A stretch of DNA of 62,273 nucleotides, filler included, from Globobulimina sp. (taxonomy: Eukaryota): assembly GCA_003354225.1 (NCBI GenBank). It is 25 parts of 25 records of this genome, joined end to end, with 100 filler letters (N's around TTAATTAATTAA, not from the genome) between each part and the next. Parts side by side here need not be neighbours in the genome. Positions count along the whole stretch, not along the records: positions 37,436 to 39,830 come from PIVH01006936.1; positions 39,931 to 42,324 come from PIVH01006937.1; positions 42,425 to 44,818 come from PIVH01006938.1; positions 44,919 to 47,312 come from PIVH01006939.1; positions 47,413 to 49,806 come from PIVH01006940.1; 20 more parts are not named here. One strand, written 5' to 3'. Each line of letters opens with the position of its first letter. Within the stretch, counting starts at the first letter, position 1. A program made the position numbers and the translations under genes. Below are positions 38,420-48,900 of this stretch, piece after piece. The notes under the pieces are model-generated. The model was not told where the DNA came from and made no database searches. It saw nothing but the letters and a program-made list of their open reading frames with translations.

Positions 38420-39766
38420 TCAGTCATAAATAAAATCACTCATAATACAACGTTTGCCATATCCATTGATTCTGCATCCTTTGTTTGCTACGACAAAAGC
38501 TTTATCACCAGTTTGACTCTCTACCCAAAATTCTTTATCATCTAAACAGACTAAACTGTTCAACCATGTGGCAATGGCATCTGTTCCACTTTGCTGCAAG
38601 CAGCCATACATATTGTTGCCACTGAATATAAACATAAAATCTTCAACAATATGATGTTTCAACGAGTTTACAAACACCTCCAGCAAATATCTTTATTTGA
38701 AACCTCTTCAGCAAAAATACATGCTATGTATATCTTAAGTGTCTTTTTTTGGTGCACCATCAATGCGTTTTGTATTAATTTCATTAATTTTGGAAATTCT
38801 TTTTCCGATATACCAAACTCAACACATTCCAACTCCTTGAAATTAAATATTTTATTCATAAATCGAGTTGTTAATGGAATCGATGAGTCAGTGGATGCAT
38901 TTATAGAATCAAAAAAATTCAAATAAATTCTTTTTAAATGTGGAAATTGCACGATGTGTTCGATAACTTTTGCGTTACGGTTGTTACACAAAATTAATTC
39001 TTGTAAATTTGGAAATTTATCACAATTCATGTTCAATCGCGTTAAGTCCGAATCCGTATGAAATGAAATTAATTCCGATGAGCATAAATCCAAAATATTG
39101 TTTTCAGGAATAAGTGATCTGTCATACCAATTTGCAGTCCATTCTCCAGATGTTAATAGTGATATTCCTTTCAACTTTCCCAATATCACATTATTCATCG
39201 AATAAATAGTTGGTGTTTCTGTATAGCCCAACTTCAAAAATTGTAAATTTATGATTTTGGGAAATAATGCATTAAACAAATCATTATGCATCGATTGGAA
39301 ACCTGTAATAGTTAATGTTTGTAAATGTTTTAAATTGATGTTACTATTCAATACAAGCGGTGATGCAAAAACTTCCCATAATTTGGCGGCGACTAGCTGC
39401 AAAATTAACTTTCAATTCATGCAAATTTGCAAATTCTAGATTTTTATAAACTGCTAACTTGTCAAACTTACATTCATCGGGAATTACCACAAACAGCATT
39501 GATGATAATCTGCTAAACTTATTTTTATTGATTTCTATCTTATTTTTGTCACAATATGTAACATAACTTCCTATCCATGGCACTGTATACAATTGATATG
39601 GTGATCTTGCTGCAATGAATATTGATCTGTTACATCTCTCAAATCGGGAATAACTCAATAAATCTAAATTTGAAGCAATTTTATTGATAATTGAGTCTGG
39701 CATTTTAGAAATTGCTGGTACCGGTGAAAGGATATATGCATCTTTCGGACAACAGACGTCGGACAT
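38420..39766 (-). pseudogene. F-box-like/LRR-like gene with two frameshifts
   Basis: ISKMPDSIINKIASNL...FERCNRSIF (F-box-like) and LxxL repeats (FPNLQELIL). Frame breaks near 39400 and 38690 have no GT-AG intron. Confidence 0.6.
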
Positions 39767-39930
39767 TTTCTGATTTATTTGTTTAAGTTTTACATGCGTT
39801 GTTTCTTGATTTATATTTTCTTTAAAATAANNNNNNNNNNNNNNNNNNNNNNNNNNNNNNNNNNNNNNNNNNNNTTAATTAATTAANNNNNNNNNNNNNN
39901 NNNNNNNNNNNNNNNNNNNNNNNNNNNNNN

Positions 39931-42324
39931 ATCCAACCATTCATGCATCACTACATACAACTTGGTCATATTATATGGTCACATATCATTTCAAGGTTTA
40001 ATAAGTGAATTCACTTTTATTTATTTACGAGCAAACGGGAGGAAATAAATGAATTTAAAATTATTTGGATTATGTTATTTATGTTGGAATACAACAAAAA
40101 TTGAACAATAATACCATATTAATACCCCAAATCCCGTAAGGCTCGCAATTTAATTTTAAAGTTATTCGTGGCAGAAAAGGATAAATTTGAAAGAAGAAAT
40201 GTAGAGAATGCAGAGAATGGAATGAATGGAAAATAAATTGTGAAAAGAAAGAAAGGGAAGGAGAAAAATTTGTAAATTGGAATAGAGAAATTACATTTGG
40301 CGAGAATTTATAAAGTTGAATTTTGACATTTCTGTCTTATAAGATAGAACTTGAAAAAACGGAGGGACAGAACAGAGTGTTTCTGTGTTTTGTGTGTTTG
40401 AAGTAAGAAAAGGAAACAACGTTTTTAGTGACACTTTCATCAACAAAGTCATGGAAAGATGAAGGCAAAGCTACTTGTTGGAGTCATATTTGAAATTAGA
40501 AGCCCATGGATCAAAGACCTCGTTTGTGATATGGAAGGAGGTTAATTGCGGAGGATTGCGGCGTTCACTGGAGCCGTGAAGGAGTTCAAATATAAAGATA
40601 CGAAAGTCATCTTCGCGGTAACGCATATATCGCATACATACATGTGGCAAATGAGAAGGTTTCCAGCCGACGAATTTGAGCAATTTTGGCTGTGGAATAA
40701 GCTGCATATTGGAGAGGGTGGCACCACCAATGCGGAATGAATATGCAGTAAGGCGCTTTATTTCACATTTTGGACATTTGGATACAATGGCGATCTTCTT
40801 GGCAATTTTTGATAAATGAGCAGTGGTACAATTGGAGCCATTGGAATATCGAAAGACAAATTCATTCGGTGATATGGAGAATTTGTGGGATTTATTGGCA
40901 TGTAAAGCATGGGAACGTTTTAGGAAAACGGATAACAAAAGATATGGATTGACATAGTGGCATGGACAAATAATGTGAGTGTTAGGAATATAGCGATTGG
41001 AGCAGGAGGAGTTGCCAACATATATCTTCTTATAAATGCGTTTGGAGCGCTGATTTTTGAAGGAGACGATGGATAAAATGAAATAGTAATCCTTCCGATG
41101 GGAACTATCCTTAATTAATTTGATGTGTTTATATCGGAGACCAGTTCGTTGATAAGATCTGGCGCCCGGCAGTAGTTCACCGGGTCTTGGCATGGTACAA
41201 AGATACAATTGGGCCAAGAGGACATGTAATAAGTTATTAAAATTCATTGTGGATAGGTGATGGCTATACGCTTTGTAATGGATGGTATATGAAATTATTT
41301 GTTTTAATTGGAAAGGTAATCGAGAGTCAGATTCCTCTTGATATTGTTTACGGAGATCATGTAGGAAACGGGAATAATCGGAATTTTGTTGAAAATCCTT
41401 TTTAAAACCCTTCAATTCGCAAATCCAAGACAGGGTGGATTGCCACGTACAAAGGGACTTAATATTGCCAGCTTGGAGGGTACGTTCCGAGATCCAGTAC
41501 ATCGCGACCAGTGGATCGAGGGGCATAAGGAATGGATCCTCATCCATCAATATGCAATATTTGGCGAAATGTCGGAGACTGGAGACGTAATGTTCTTTGG
41601 TTGATAATTCTTTATTGTAGAGAATGACATGATTGATATGTTTCGCGTTTCTTTTGTCTTTTAATGCCATGCGATTGTCGCGCAATCGTACCGACATATA
41701 ATCTGAATATGTATAAAAATTGTATACATTTAGAAACACTTTGTATATAAAGTGCGCACAGACAATTCCCAGATTTAACAAAATTAAGTGGAGAGTTAAA
41801 ATTCAGGAGAAGGGCAAACTGATTTTACTTGTCCCAAATTATGCAAACAAAAAGGGAATATGGACAGTGCGAAGTTGTAAGTTGAGGGCGTTCCTTTCTT
41901 GTAAAATTTGTGAAGTTTAAGGAAAGTTTCAGTCAACGAGAACTGTAATAGATAATACAGCATAAGACAATAAATTGGAGAAACGAAAGGAAACTTCAAA
42001 AACGAAAATGTGAGTCTCAAAGTTTTTCAGTCACAAAGTCAGAAAATGTAAGGTTTGGAGGGGAGAGAGAGGGAAGCAATGGCTGAGTGGAAGGTTAATA
42101 GTGCATATAAAAAGGGTAAGGCGAAGACTCGCGGACATCTTTTGGTTTCTGTAACCATTTGACAAATTTGCGGTATTCGACCATGTCGCGCTGATGGAAT
42201 TTTGTACGGGATTCCATAAATATGAAATTCGAGAAATAAGAAGGTGTTAATTCAGATAAATGGAGATTATATAATGCGGCCAATCGATGAAATGGATCCA
42301 TATGAAAACGCGAGAGCAAATCAG
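39931..42324 (-). mobile_element. 3' part of a tyrosine-recombinase retrotransposon (RNase H end followed by YR)
   Basis: The contig edge reads (A)DLLSRF, the terminal ADxLSR motif of retroelement RNase H, upstream of and co-oriented with the YR. Confidence 0.7.
40471..41697 (-). CDS. Tyrosine recombinase of DIRS/Ngaro type
   Basis: Catalytic series R (MPRPGEL), K (SFKNQ), [H>Y]xxR (AYSFRIGGAT), W (VGWK), Y (RYMR). An N-terminal SAM-like region is present (YVSSLRHFAKYC). Confidence 0.88.
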   Translation of the reverse strand: MSVRLRDNRMALKDKRNAKHINHVILYNKELSTKEHYVSSLRHFAKYCILMDEDPFLMPLDPLVAMYWISERTLQAGNIKSLCTWQSTLSWICELKGFKKDFQQNSDYSRFLHDLRKQYQEESDSRLPFQLKQIISYTIHYKAYSHHLSTMNFNNLLHVLLAQLYLCTMPRPGELLPGARSYQRTGLRYKHIKLIKDSSHRKDYYFILSIVSFKNQRSKRIYKKIYVGNSSCSNRYIPNTHIICPCHYVNPYLLLSVFLKRSHALHANKSHKFSISPNEFVFRYSNGSNCTTAHLSKIAKKIAIVSKCPKCEIKRLTAYSFRIGGATLSNMQLIPQPKLLKFVGWKPSHLPHVCMRYMRYREDDFRIFIFELLHGSSERRNPPQLTSFHITNEVFDPWASNFKYDSNK

Positions 42325-42424
42325 NNNNNNNNNNNNNNNNNNNNNNNNNNNNNNNNNNNNNNNNNNNNTTAATTAATTAANNNNNNNNNNNNNNNNNNNN
42401 NNNNNNNNNNNNNNNNNNNNNNNN

Positions 42425-42831
42425 AAATCAGCCCCAAGACCAACACCCCGTGGCTATGGAGGGAGATTCGAGCGACAACGATATGGGAGGTGCGAATGAG
42501 ATATCGGAATGGAAGCCAAATTACACCGTCGGTGAAGTTACGTATCTGGGAACCCGCGGAATTGGAATGAGATGGTTTGCCAATGAGAATATGACATCCC
42601 TCACATTTGCTCGTTTCATTACCATCAATCCCGACAAAACGATCAAACAGCCAAATACTCCTTCGGTATGTATTTTGTACTGTAAATGTATAGGAATATA
42701 ACCTTATTATGTTTCATGTGTCACTCAATTTGAACGAGTTGAAGGAAATGTTGGAACTGATGGATTCCAAGTTGGCCGAGCTGAAAACTGTCAAAAAGGA
42801 GGAAAAACAGAGATTGAAAAATCTAAAATGA
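42425..42831 (+). CDS. Small two-exon protein, weak PC4/ssDNA-binding-like pattern
   Basis: Donor gtatgt at 42666. The downstream frame VSLNLNELKEMLELMDSKL resembles the PC4 GISL..EQW..L helix. The acceptor is ambiguous (tttcat at 42717 or gag at 42738). Confidence 0.3.
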
Positions 42832-42952
42832 TATTCTATGCTCTATCAATAATAGTATGTTATGTATTAAGCGCTATCGTTTATCGATCAGATATAAGAA
42901 TCGAATAAAACTTTGTACTCTTATTTGTGTCAAATTTTACTCGTCGAGCGGT

Positions 42953-43550
42953 ATGGCCGATCGGAGGCGGATCAGTGGCACGGTCCGAACCGTCGCTAGC
43001 GCAGATGGCAAGGAAAAATTCACATTTTTCTATGGCGCCAAAACCATGTTAGGAAATTTCTATCCATCTACATTCGTTGTCGACGGAAGTATCTTCAAAA
43101 ATACCGAACAGTATTTCCACTATAAGAAAGCAGGTAAATAATAATTTGTGTTGTTATAGCTGTTATTAATTCGATCGTTTTATAGAATATTTTGGTGCGA
43201 GTAGGATAAAAAACTTAATAAAACAACTGGATGATCCCTATGTCCACAAAAGATTGGGGCGCAGTGTCAAAAACTTCGATAGTGTTGGTTGGAATCGCGT
43301 TTCAAAATATTACATGAAAAGAGGAAATTTCGCAAAATTCGATCAAAACGCGGAACTTCGTCTCGCTCTCCTATCAACCCGTGGGACAACGCTCGTAGAA
43401 GCGAGCCCTTTCGATCGCTTGTGGGGCAACGGATTGAGTATGTACGACAAAAGATCGTTGGATCGCAAGGAATGGCTCGGTGAGAACAGAATGGGACAAA
43501 TTTTGATGGAAGTTCGAGAGGAAATAGCTGATAAATATGCAAAGAAATAA
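42953..43550 (+). CDS. NADAR (YbiA-family) hydrolase, 181 aa, one 52-nt intron (43134-43185)
   Basis: FFYG...LGNFYPSTF..DG..F...EQYF...KA|.YF, KRLGRSVKNFD...W, AKFDQN..LR..LLST....LVEASPFDRLWG.G and GENRMGQILMEVRE. Confidence 0.93.
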
Positions 43551-43592
43551 TAATTATTTATTTATCAATTGTATAATAAACATTTACTATCA

Positions 43593-43997
43593 CTACTTCT
43601 CTCCACGAATTCTCTTCGCTAAAATCATATCTTTTGTCATAATGGTTTGTCTTCCGGCATGAATGGCGCAAATATTCACGTCCTCGTATAATCCGGTCAA
43701 ATACGATTCCGCCGCCTCTTGAATAGCAGCGATAGCGGCGCTTTGAAATCGTAAATTTGGATCCATTTCTTGAGCTATCTCATGAACCACTCGCTGAAAC
43801 GATTTTTTGGGGATCAGAGTTTCGGTAGTTTTTTGATAATGTCTGATCTGCAAAATTGCTCGCACACCCGACTTCGTTTTTCTTCGATTTCCAGATTCGG
43901 GCTTTGGCGCCACTCTTCTTGGTTCCTTTCTGGCCAACTGCTTTCTAGGTTCCTTGCGCGCCATGTTTTGTCGAATTATTTGCTTCGTTCTAGCCAT
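43593..43997 (-). CDS. Divergent histone H3 variant (134 aa), intronless
   Basis: MARTKQ N-terminus; histone fold [26 protein letters not shown]...[42 protein letters not shown]. Confidence 0.95.
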   Translation of the reverse strand: MARTKQIIRQNMARKEPRKQLARKEPRRVAPKPESGNRRKTKSGVRAILQIRHYQKTTETLIPKKSFQRVVHEIAQEMDPNLRFQSAAIAAIQEAAESYLTGLYEDVNICAIHAGRQTIMTKDMILAKRIRGEK

Positions 43998-44036
43998 TGT
44001 CAGCTGGTAGATTATTGTGTAAAGCCTCGCCGAACG

Positions 44037-44308
44037 ATGGCCTCCGAACAAAGCAACCTGACGACGGATAACAAAACTAATGAAAATATAGAGAAAATGG
44101 ACGTCGATGTTAAAATCGTTGACAACGATACCGACGGTCTCGCCCCTTGCACATTTTGCTTCAAACGAGCATTGGAATTGTATAGAAAGTAAGTTGTATA
44201 CTGCACTACTATTATTCATACCCTATACATTATACTTGCAGCAGCGAACCGAATCCTTGGCATTATTTGAAAAAGGACTGTGATTGTGAATTATCGGTGC
44301 ACGACTGA
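44037..44308 (+). CDS. Small two-exon Cys/His protein (72 aa), intron 44189-44241
   Basis: A gtaagt...ttgcag intron joins ...CTFC...LYRN-SEPNPWH..KDCDC..; AATAAA follows at about 44350. Confidence 0.55.
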
Positions 44309-44369
44309 TTTGTATGTATACACCTTTCTAACAAATTTTATTATTTAATAATAAATCACATAAAACATT

Positions 44370-44642
44370 TTAATCATACGTCTTTGTAATTAGTTGGGAG
44401 CGGAAACCACAGCAATCGGGCAAATCTATGTTGCACAACAAATGTCCACTCTTGTGAAACCAAACCGCGTAAGCCTGAATCGCGTCGCTGACATCCGTAT
44501 GCCACTGCTGTACATCTGGACCACTGCGGGATATACCGTGAGCGGCGAAACCACAATAGCGAATCAGATCGATTGTGAAATGTCGTTTGCAAGTGGCATT
44601 TTGACGAGTTAGTTTCGGGATGGGTAGTTCTCCTTCGGCCAT
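44370..44642 (-). CDS. Small hypothetical protein, convergent with 44037-44308
   Basis: 90-aa ORF from ATG 44642; its AT-rich terminator gap carries AATAAA on both strands. Confidence 0.45.
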   Translation of the reverse strand: MAEGELPIPKLTRQNATCKRHFTIDLIRYCGFAAHGISRSGPDVQQWHTDVSDAIQAYAVWFHKSGHLLCNIDLPDCCGFRSQLITKTYD

Positions 44643-45039
44643 ATTTGACAGTTGTTGCGCGAACAATGTTGGGGAGCGGCGGCGGTGATGTTGGTCTCGG
44701 TGACGTCAGAACCGGTCATGATGAATCATCAAACCCGTTCGTTGGCACGGGGGTCGAACGAGCTTTGACGAATAGAAAACTGAAAAAACGTCTTCAAACA
44801 CCGTCTTTATCGGCCTTANNNNNNNNNNNNNNNNNNNNNNNNNNNNNNNNNNNNNNNNNNNNTTAATTAATTAANNNNNNNNNNNNNNNNNNNNNNNNNN
44901 NNNNNNNNNNNNNNNNNNTTAGATCACAAAAAAAAGCTTAGCTCAATATCATCATTATTGATGGAGATAAAAATAAATCATTGTTATTACCAAAAAGTAA
45001 CATTTTCGTGAACATGATATTGGGATATTCAACTCAATG

Positions 45040-45295
45040 TGTATTCAAAAAGATAACCCCCACCCCCTGGTCGATAAGTTGTATACATTTTTCTCAATAT
45101 CTGAGAAACGCTTTGCAAATCAAGAAACGGTTTGCTATAGAATAGTATAGATTTGTCTTGGATTTGTACTGGGTTTGTCATAACTTTGTCTTGGGTTTGC
45201 AAATCCAGCACAAAGTCAAAACAAATTTATAATAGAATTTTCGGTATACAAAGGGGTGTGGGTTATCCAAACAGGGGGTTATCTTTTGGAATATA
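45040..45295. mobile_element. MITE-like element with ~22-bp terminal inverted repeats, upstream of PEX7
   Basis: tgtattcaaaaagataaccccc (45040-45061) versus gggggttatcttttggaatata (45274-45295): two mismatches. Confidence 0.5.
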
Positions 45296-45357
45296 TCGTT
45301 CACTGAAAAATCAGTTAAAGTATTTTCCTAGTTTCTAGTGATAAAACTGATATTGTC

Positions 45358-46534
45358 ATGTACGCCTTCAAAACACCCTTTATGGGTTATGCGTGTGAAT
45401 GGAGTCCATTCGAACAAAACAAACTCGCAATTGCAACGGCTCAACATTTTGGTGTTGTAGGAAACGGGAAACAACACATTATTCAAGTGGACACAACAGG
45501 AGTTATTCAAAAATCATCCATACTGTCATCTGTTCAGTCGCCAATTGCAAGCCAACAAGTTATGCAACCATTGCCCTGTAAACAATTAGCAATATTTAAC
45601 ACAAACGACGGTATTTATGACTGTGCCTGGTCCGAAGTGAATGAACATCATTTAATCTCTGCCTGCGGCGATGGCAAAATAAGACTATGGGACGTCGTCT
45701 CAAATAGCAATCCATTGCGAGCATATATCGGCCATAACTCTGAAGTCTATGCAGTTGATTGGAATATCACATCGAAACAGCACTTTCTGTCTGGTTCTTG
45801 GGACCAATCCATAAAATTGTGGGATCCCATCAGAGCTGTCTGTTTAGGTAATAATTTTCCATTTTTTTCTCACAAAAACACAACTACAAATTCTAAAAAT
45901 ATGCGCAAAAACAACAGGCACTTATCTTGGACATAAAGCGGTCATTTATGATGTTGTATGGTGTCCGCATAATAATTTTTTATTTGCCTCAACTTCCGAG
46001 GATCGGCATTTATTGCTTTGGGATCAACGGAAAGCCAGCAACCAAATGAACAGTGAACAAAATATGAGAGGTTCTTCAATATTATCCATTGCTGGACATC
46101 AACATGAAATATTGAGTTGCGACTTTAGTAAATATGATAAGAATCTGATTGCGACGGGTTCCTGTGATACAAGTATAAAATTGTGGGATTTGCGCAAGTT
46201 TGATAAGCCATTGACGGTTTTGTCTGGACATAAATACGCAGTGAGAAGGATAAAATTTTCACCGCACCATCCATCCATGATAATGAGTGTCAGCTATGAT
46301 ATGAGTGCAATGTTTTGGGATTTCATGGCATCGCCAAATCCATTGTTGGCCCGATATGACCAACATAGCGAATTTGTGGTTGGATGTTCCTTCAATTTGT
46401 TTATTGAAAACTTAATTGCGACGTGTAGCTGGGATGAAAAATGTTGTGTTTTTCTCAATAAATATAATAATTTGAAACAAAATGTAATGCAACAACCTAT
46501 GATGGTTAATAATTATACACCGACTGGCAAGTGA
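45358..46534 (+). CDS. PEX7: Peroxisomal PTS2 receptor (WD40)
   Basis: FKT..GYACEWSPF..NKLAIATAQHFGVVGNG, DGIYDCAWSE.NE, HKYAVRRIKFSPH, SVSYDM and HSEFVVG; one intron. Confidence 0.93.
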
Positions 46535-46706
46535 TATTATAAAATGTGTTGACTTTTTGTGACTTTGTGTTTGTATATACTTTGTATCGGCAAAAACAAC
46601 ATCTATACAAAATGTTGCAGAGAATTAATATATTAATAATTAGATAAGACACAAAAAGTACAACAAAAAACTACCAAACAATAGACAGTCATATATTGTT
46701 TAATAA

Positions 46707-47180
46707 TTATTGTACAACACTACAAAACCAATAATATTTAATTGCAAAATTAAATAAATTAGTGATTGTATTTTCATTTTGAAAACAAATTGGAATACAT
46801 GGAATATTATAATATTTTGCCAATTCATCAATTGTTTTACCATTATTACATGATTTATTTTGCATTGAATCTCGAACTTTTACAATCAAACAATTTCTTT
46901 GCTTGCTTAACATTTTAGAGGTATTGTTTGCTCTCATCAGTGGATCATATTCATGTAATATAATCATATTAATTAATGGATTACAATTTGAAATACTAGT
47001 ATTATTATTATTATTATTATTATTTATTGATATCAAATCTAACCTAATCCTACATCCATCCACATGTATGGTACGCATATATGTAGGCCTTGTTGCATGT
47101 GCTTGTAACGAAGGTAATGTTATATCGCATATAACATCAAATAAAATATTTTCTTGGTTATAATTATCTATATGGCACAT
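46707..47180 (-). CDS. Degenerate small-GTPase-like C-terminal fragment
   Basis: YMRTIHVDG..IRLDL and LAKYYNIP...ITNLF resemble Ras-family strands and helices, but the G-box motifs are absent. Confidence 0.3.
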   Translation of the reverse strand: MCHIDNYNQENILFDVICDITLPSLQAHATRPTYMRTIHVDGCRIRLDLISINNNNNNNNTSISNCNPLINMIILHEYDPLMRANNTSKMLSKQRNCLIVKVRDSMQNKSCNNGKTIDELAKYYNIPCIPICFQNENTITNLFNFAIKYYWFCSVVQ

Positions 47181-47201
47181 TATATTTTCTGGTTTTCTAT
47201 A

Positions 47202-47276
47202 CAGTTAAATCCTGGCCTGGGTTTGCGGGGTTTCACTGTATGCAAAACCCCACAAACCCAGGCAAGGATTTCACTG
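47202..47276. mobile_element. 75-bp hairpin MITE with CAGT...ACTG ends and TA target duplication (Tc1/mariner-type)
   Basis: ta|cagttaaatcctggcctgggtttgcggggttt ... aaaccccacaaacccaggcaaggatttcactg|ta; the arms differ at 3 positions. Confidence 0.7.
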
Positions 47277-47412
47277 TATGCAGGGCAGGGAATTGGATCT
47301 GATCTGATCTATNNNNNNNNNNNNNNNNNNNNNNNNNNNNNNNNNNNNNNNNNNNNTTAATTAATTAANNNNNNNNNNNNNNNNNNNNNNNNNNNNNNNN
47401 NNNNNNNNNNNN

Positions 47413-48900
47413 TTACATTTCCATTGTTTACCAGTCAATGTATTATGCTCTGTACAATTTGCGTTCTCCCAATCCAAAATACATACTTTTCTTCGATTTT
47501 CTACGTTTTTTAACAAATAAGCACGAGGATGTTCACAGCGTATATATTCAACCGGTATCCCACTATATTTACTGCATAGGTATAATATGATAATTATATA
47601 TATATAGCAACACAATGCAATACACAGTCCACTTCAATGCATTTGGAGCATGGCTGCATATCATAGCATAAAACAACTGATCGGATTCGAAAGTAATGGC
47701 AAACAGCAACATGCAGCCATGTTAAAAGTAAAAAAACAGTGAAGTTGAAATGCAAAGTTGCAAACTGAAAAAAAAAAAGATGAATAAATACCTTAATTCC
47801 AATCTCAACTCAGATTTTATTTTGGTTTTCTTGTCAAACGCATATTCAATCTGTTGCCCAAAATCCATTCTTTGCGGGTACCATCTCGCAATGTATAATA
47901 ATATCTTGTCTTTGGTAAAACTCTCATTCGCAGTCGCGGTTTTTTGGCAACATATTTGCGTATAATCTTTGATGGATCTGTTTAAGTTTCCGCCCAAAGT
48001 CAACGAATCTAAGTATACTTTCAATAATCTGTTGTGGTCATTGAATGAGCGCAGTCTCATCGCATTGGCCGACGGTACGTTGGCGACCGAGCCACAAATG
48101 GTTTCCTTGACTTTCTGCAGAGTCCAATTACAATCCAACACACAGTCACCGACAAACAAAAAAGCTGCGCCTAAACTTTCATCCACACCCGATTTGATTG
48201 TCTTTTTTGGCTCTTGTTTTTCTTCTTTGTTTTCCTTTTCTTTCTCCAATTCCTGTTGTAAATATTCATCCCATTTTCTCTTTTCCTGCTCTTTGCGTTT
48301 TTCAATGTAAACGTCGTCTTCGATGAAGATCTGAAATAAATACTGAGTGGGAGTTAGCGGCGTGCCTCGCGCCACAAATACGTGCTGGTTTGCGTGCAAT
48401 TTGTACTCTTCCAAGGTTTTGTTATTGTTTTTTAGTTCTTGCTGATGGAAACCCATTCGGATCACCAACTCATTCACATTCACATTCAATTTATCCGCCA
48501 GCATCTCTCTGCATATTGCAATTTTCATTTAGTTTCAAACTGAAAAAATCCGATTTCAAACTGAAACATTTTTCATTCATTTTGGTCAAACTGAAAAAAG
48601 TTGGTTTCAAACTGAAAGAGGCAACTCAACGTACCTCAATTTGCCAAGCTCTGTGCGTACGTCCACATCGATGGACAGCGTGAATATGTCTTCCTTTGTT
48701 TCATCAAACTCCAACTCATTGTACAATAAATGCAAAGTATTCAATTGTTTATCGAACTTATCCATCAATTTCGACTTTCCTTCGCTATGTTTGCCGCCAC
48801 GTTGACAAACTTCAAAGTGAATGTAATGTCTTTTCGAGTCATTCCTTCAAATAAAGAAACCGTTATATTTAAAAACGGTGTATTCGTCAAGCCATAGACA
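47413..48900 (-). CDS. USP47/USP7-like ubiquitin-specific protease, C-terminal ubiquitin-like region (partial, multi-exon)
   Basis: IDVDVRTELGKLR|EMLADKL...ELKNNNKTLEEYKL...VFVARGTPL, ARWYP, and SKYSGIPVEYI. Confidence 0.55.

Noticed and set aside
43593-44219. 208-aa N-terminally extended H3, or CenH3
   Set aside because: The extension is the antisense of the spliced 44037-44308 gene. MARTKQ starts at 43997, and loop 1 length and the FQ motifs are canonical-H3-like.
39931-44818. YR recombinase next to NADAR/H3 as one integrative element
   Set aside because: They are separated by an artificial spacer (42325-42424); contigs are ordered by length only.
48529-48620. TTTCAAACTGAAA repeats disrupting the USP gene
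   Set aside because: They lie inside an intron (gtacgt...atatgcag) whose removal gives in-frame KLR-EMLADKL.
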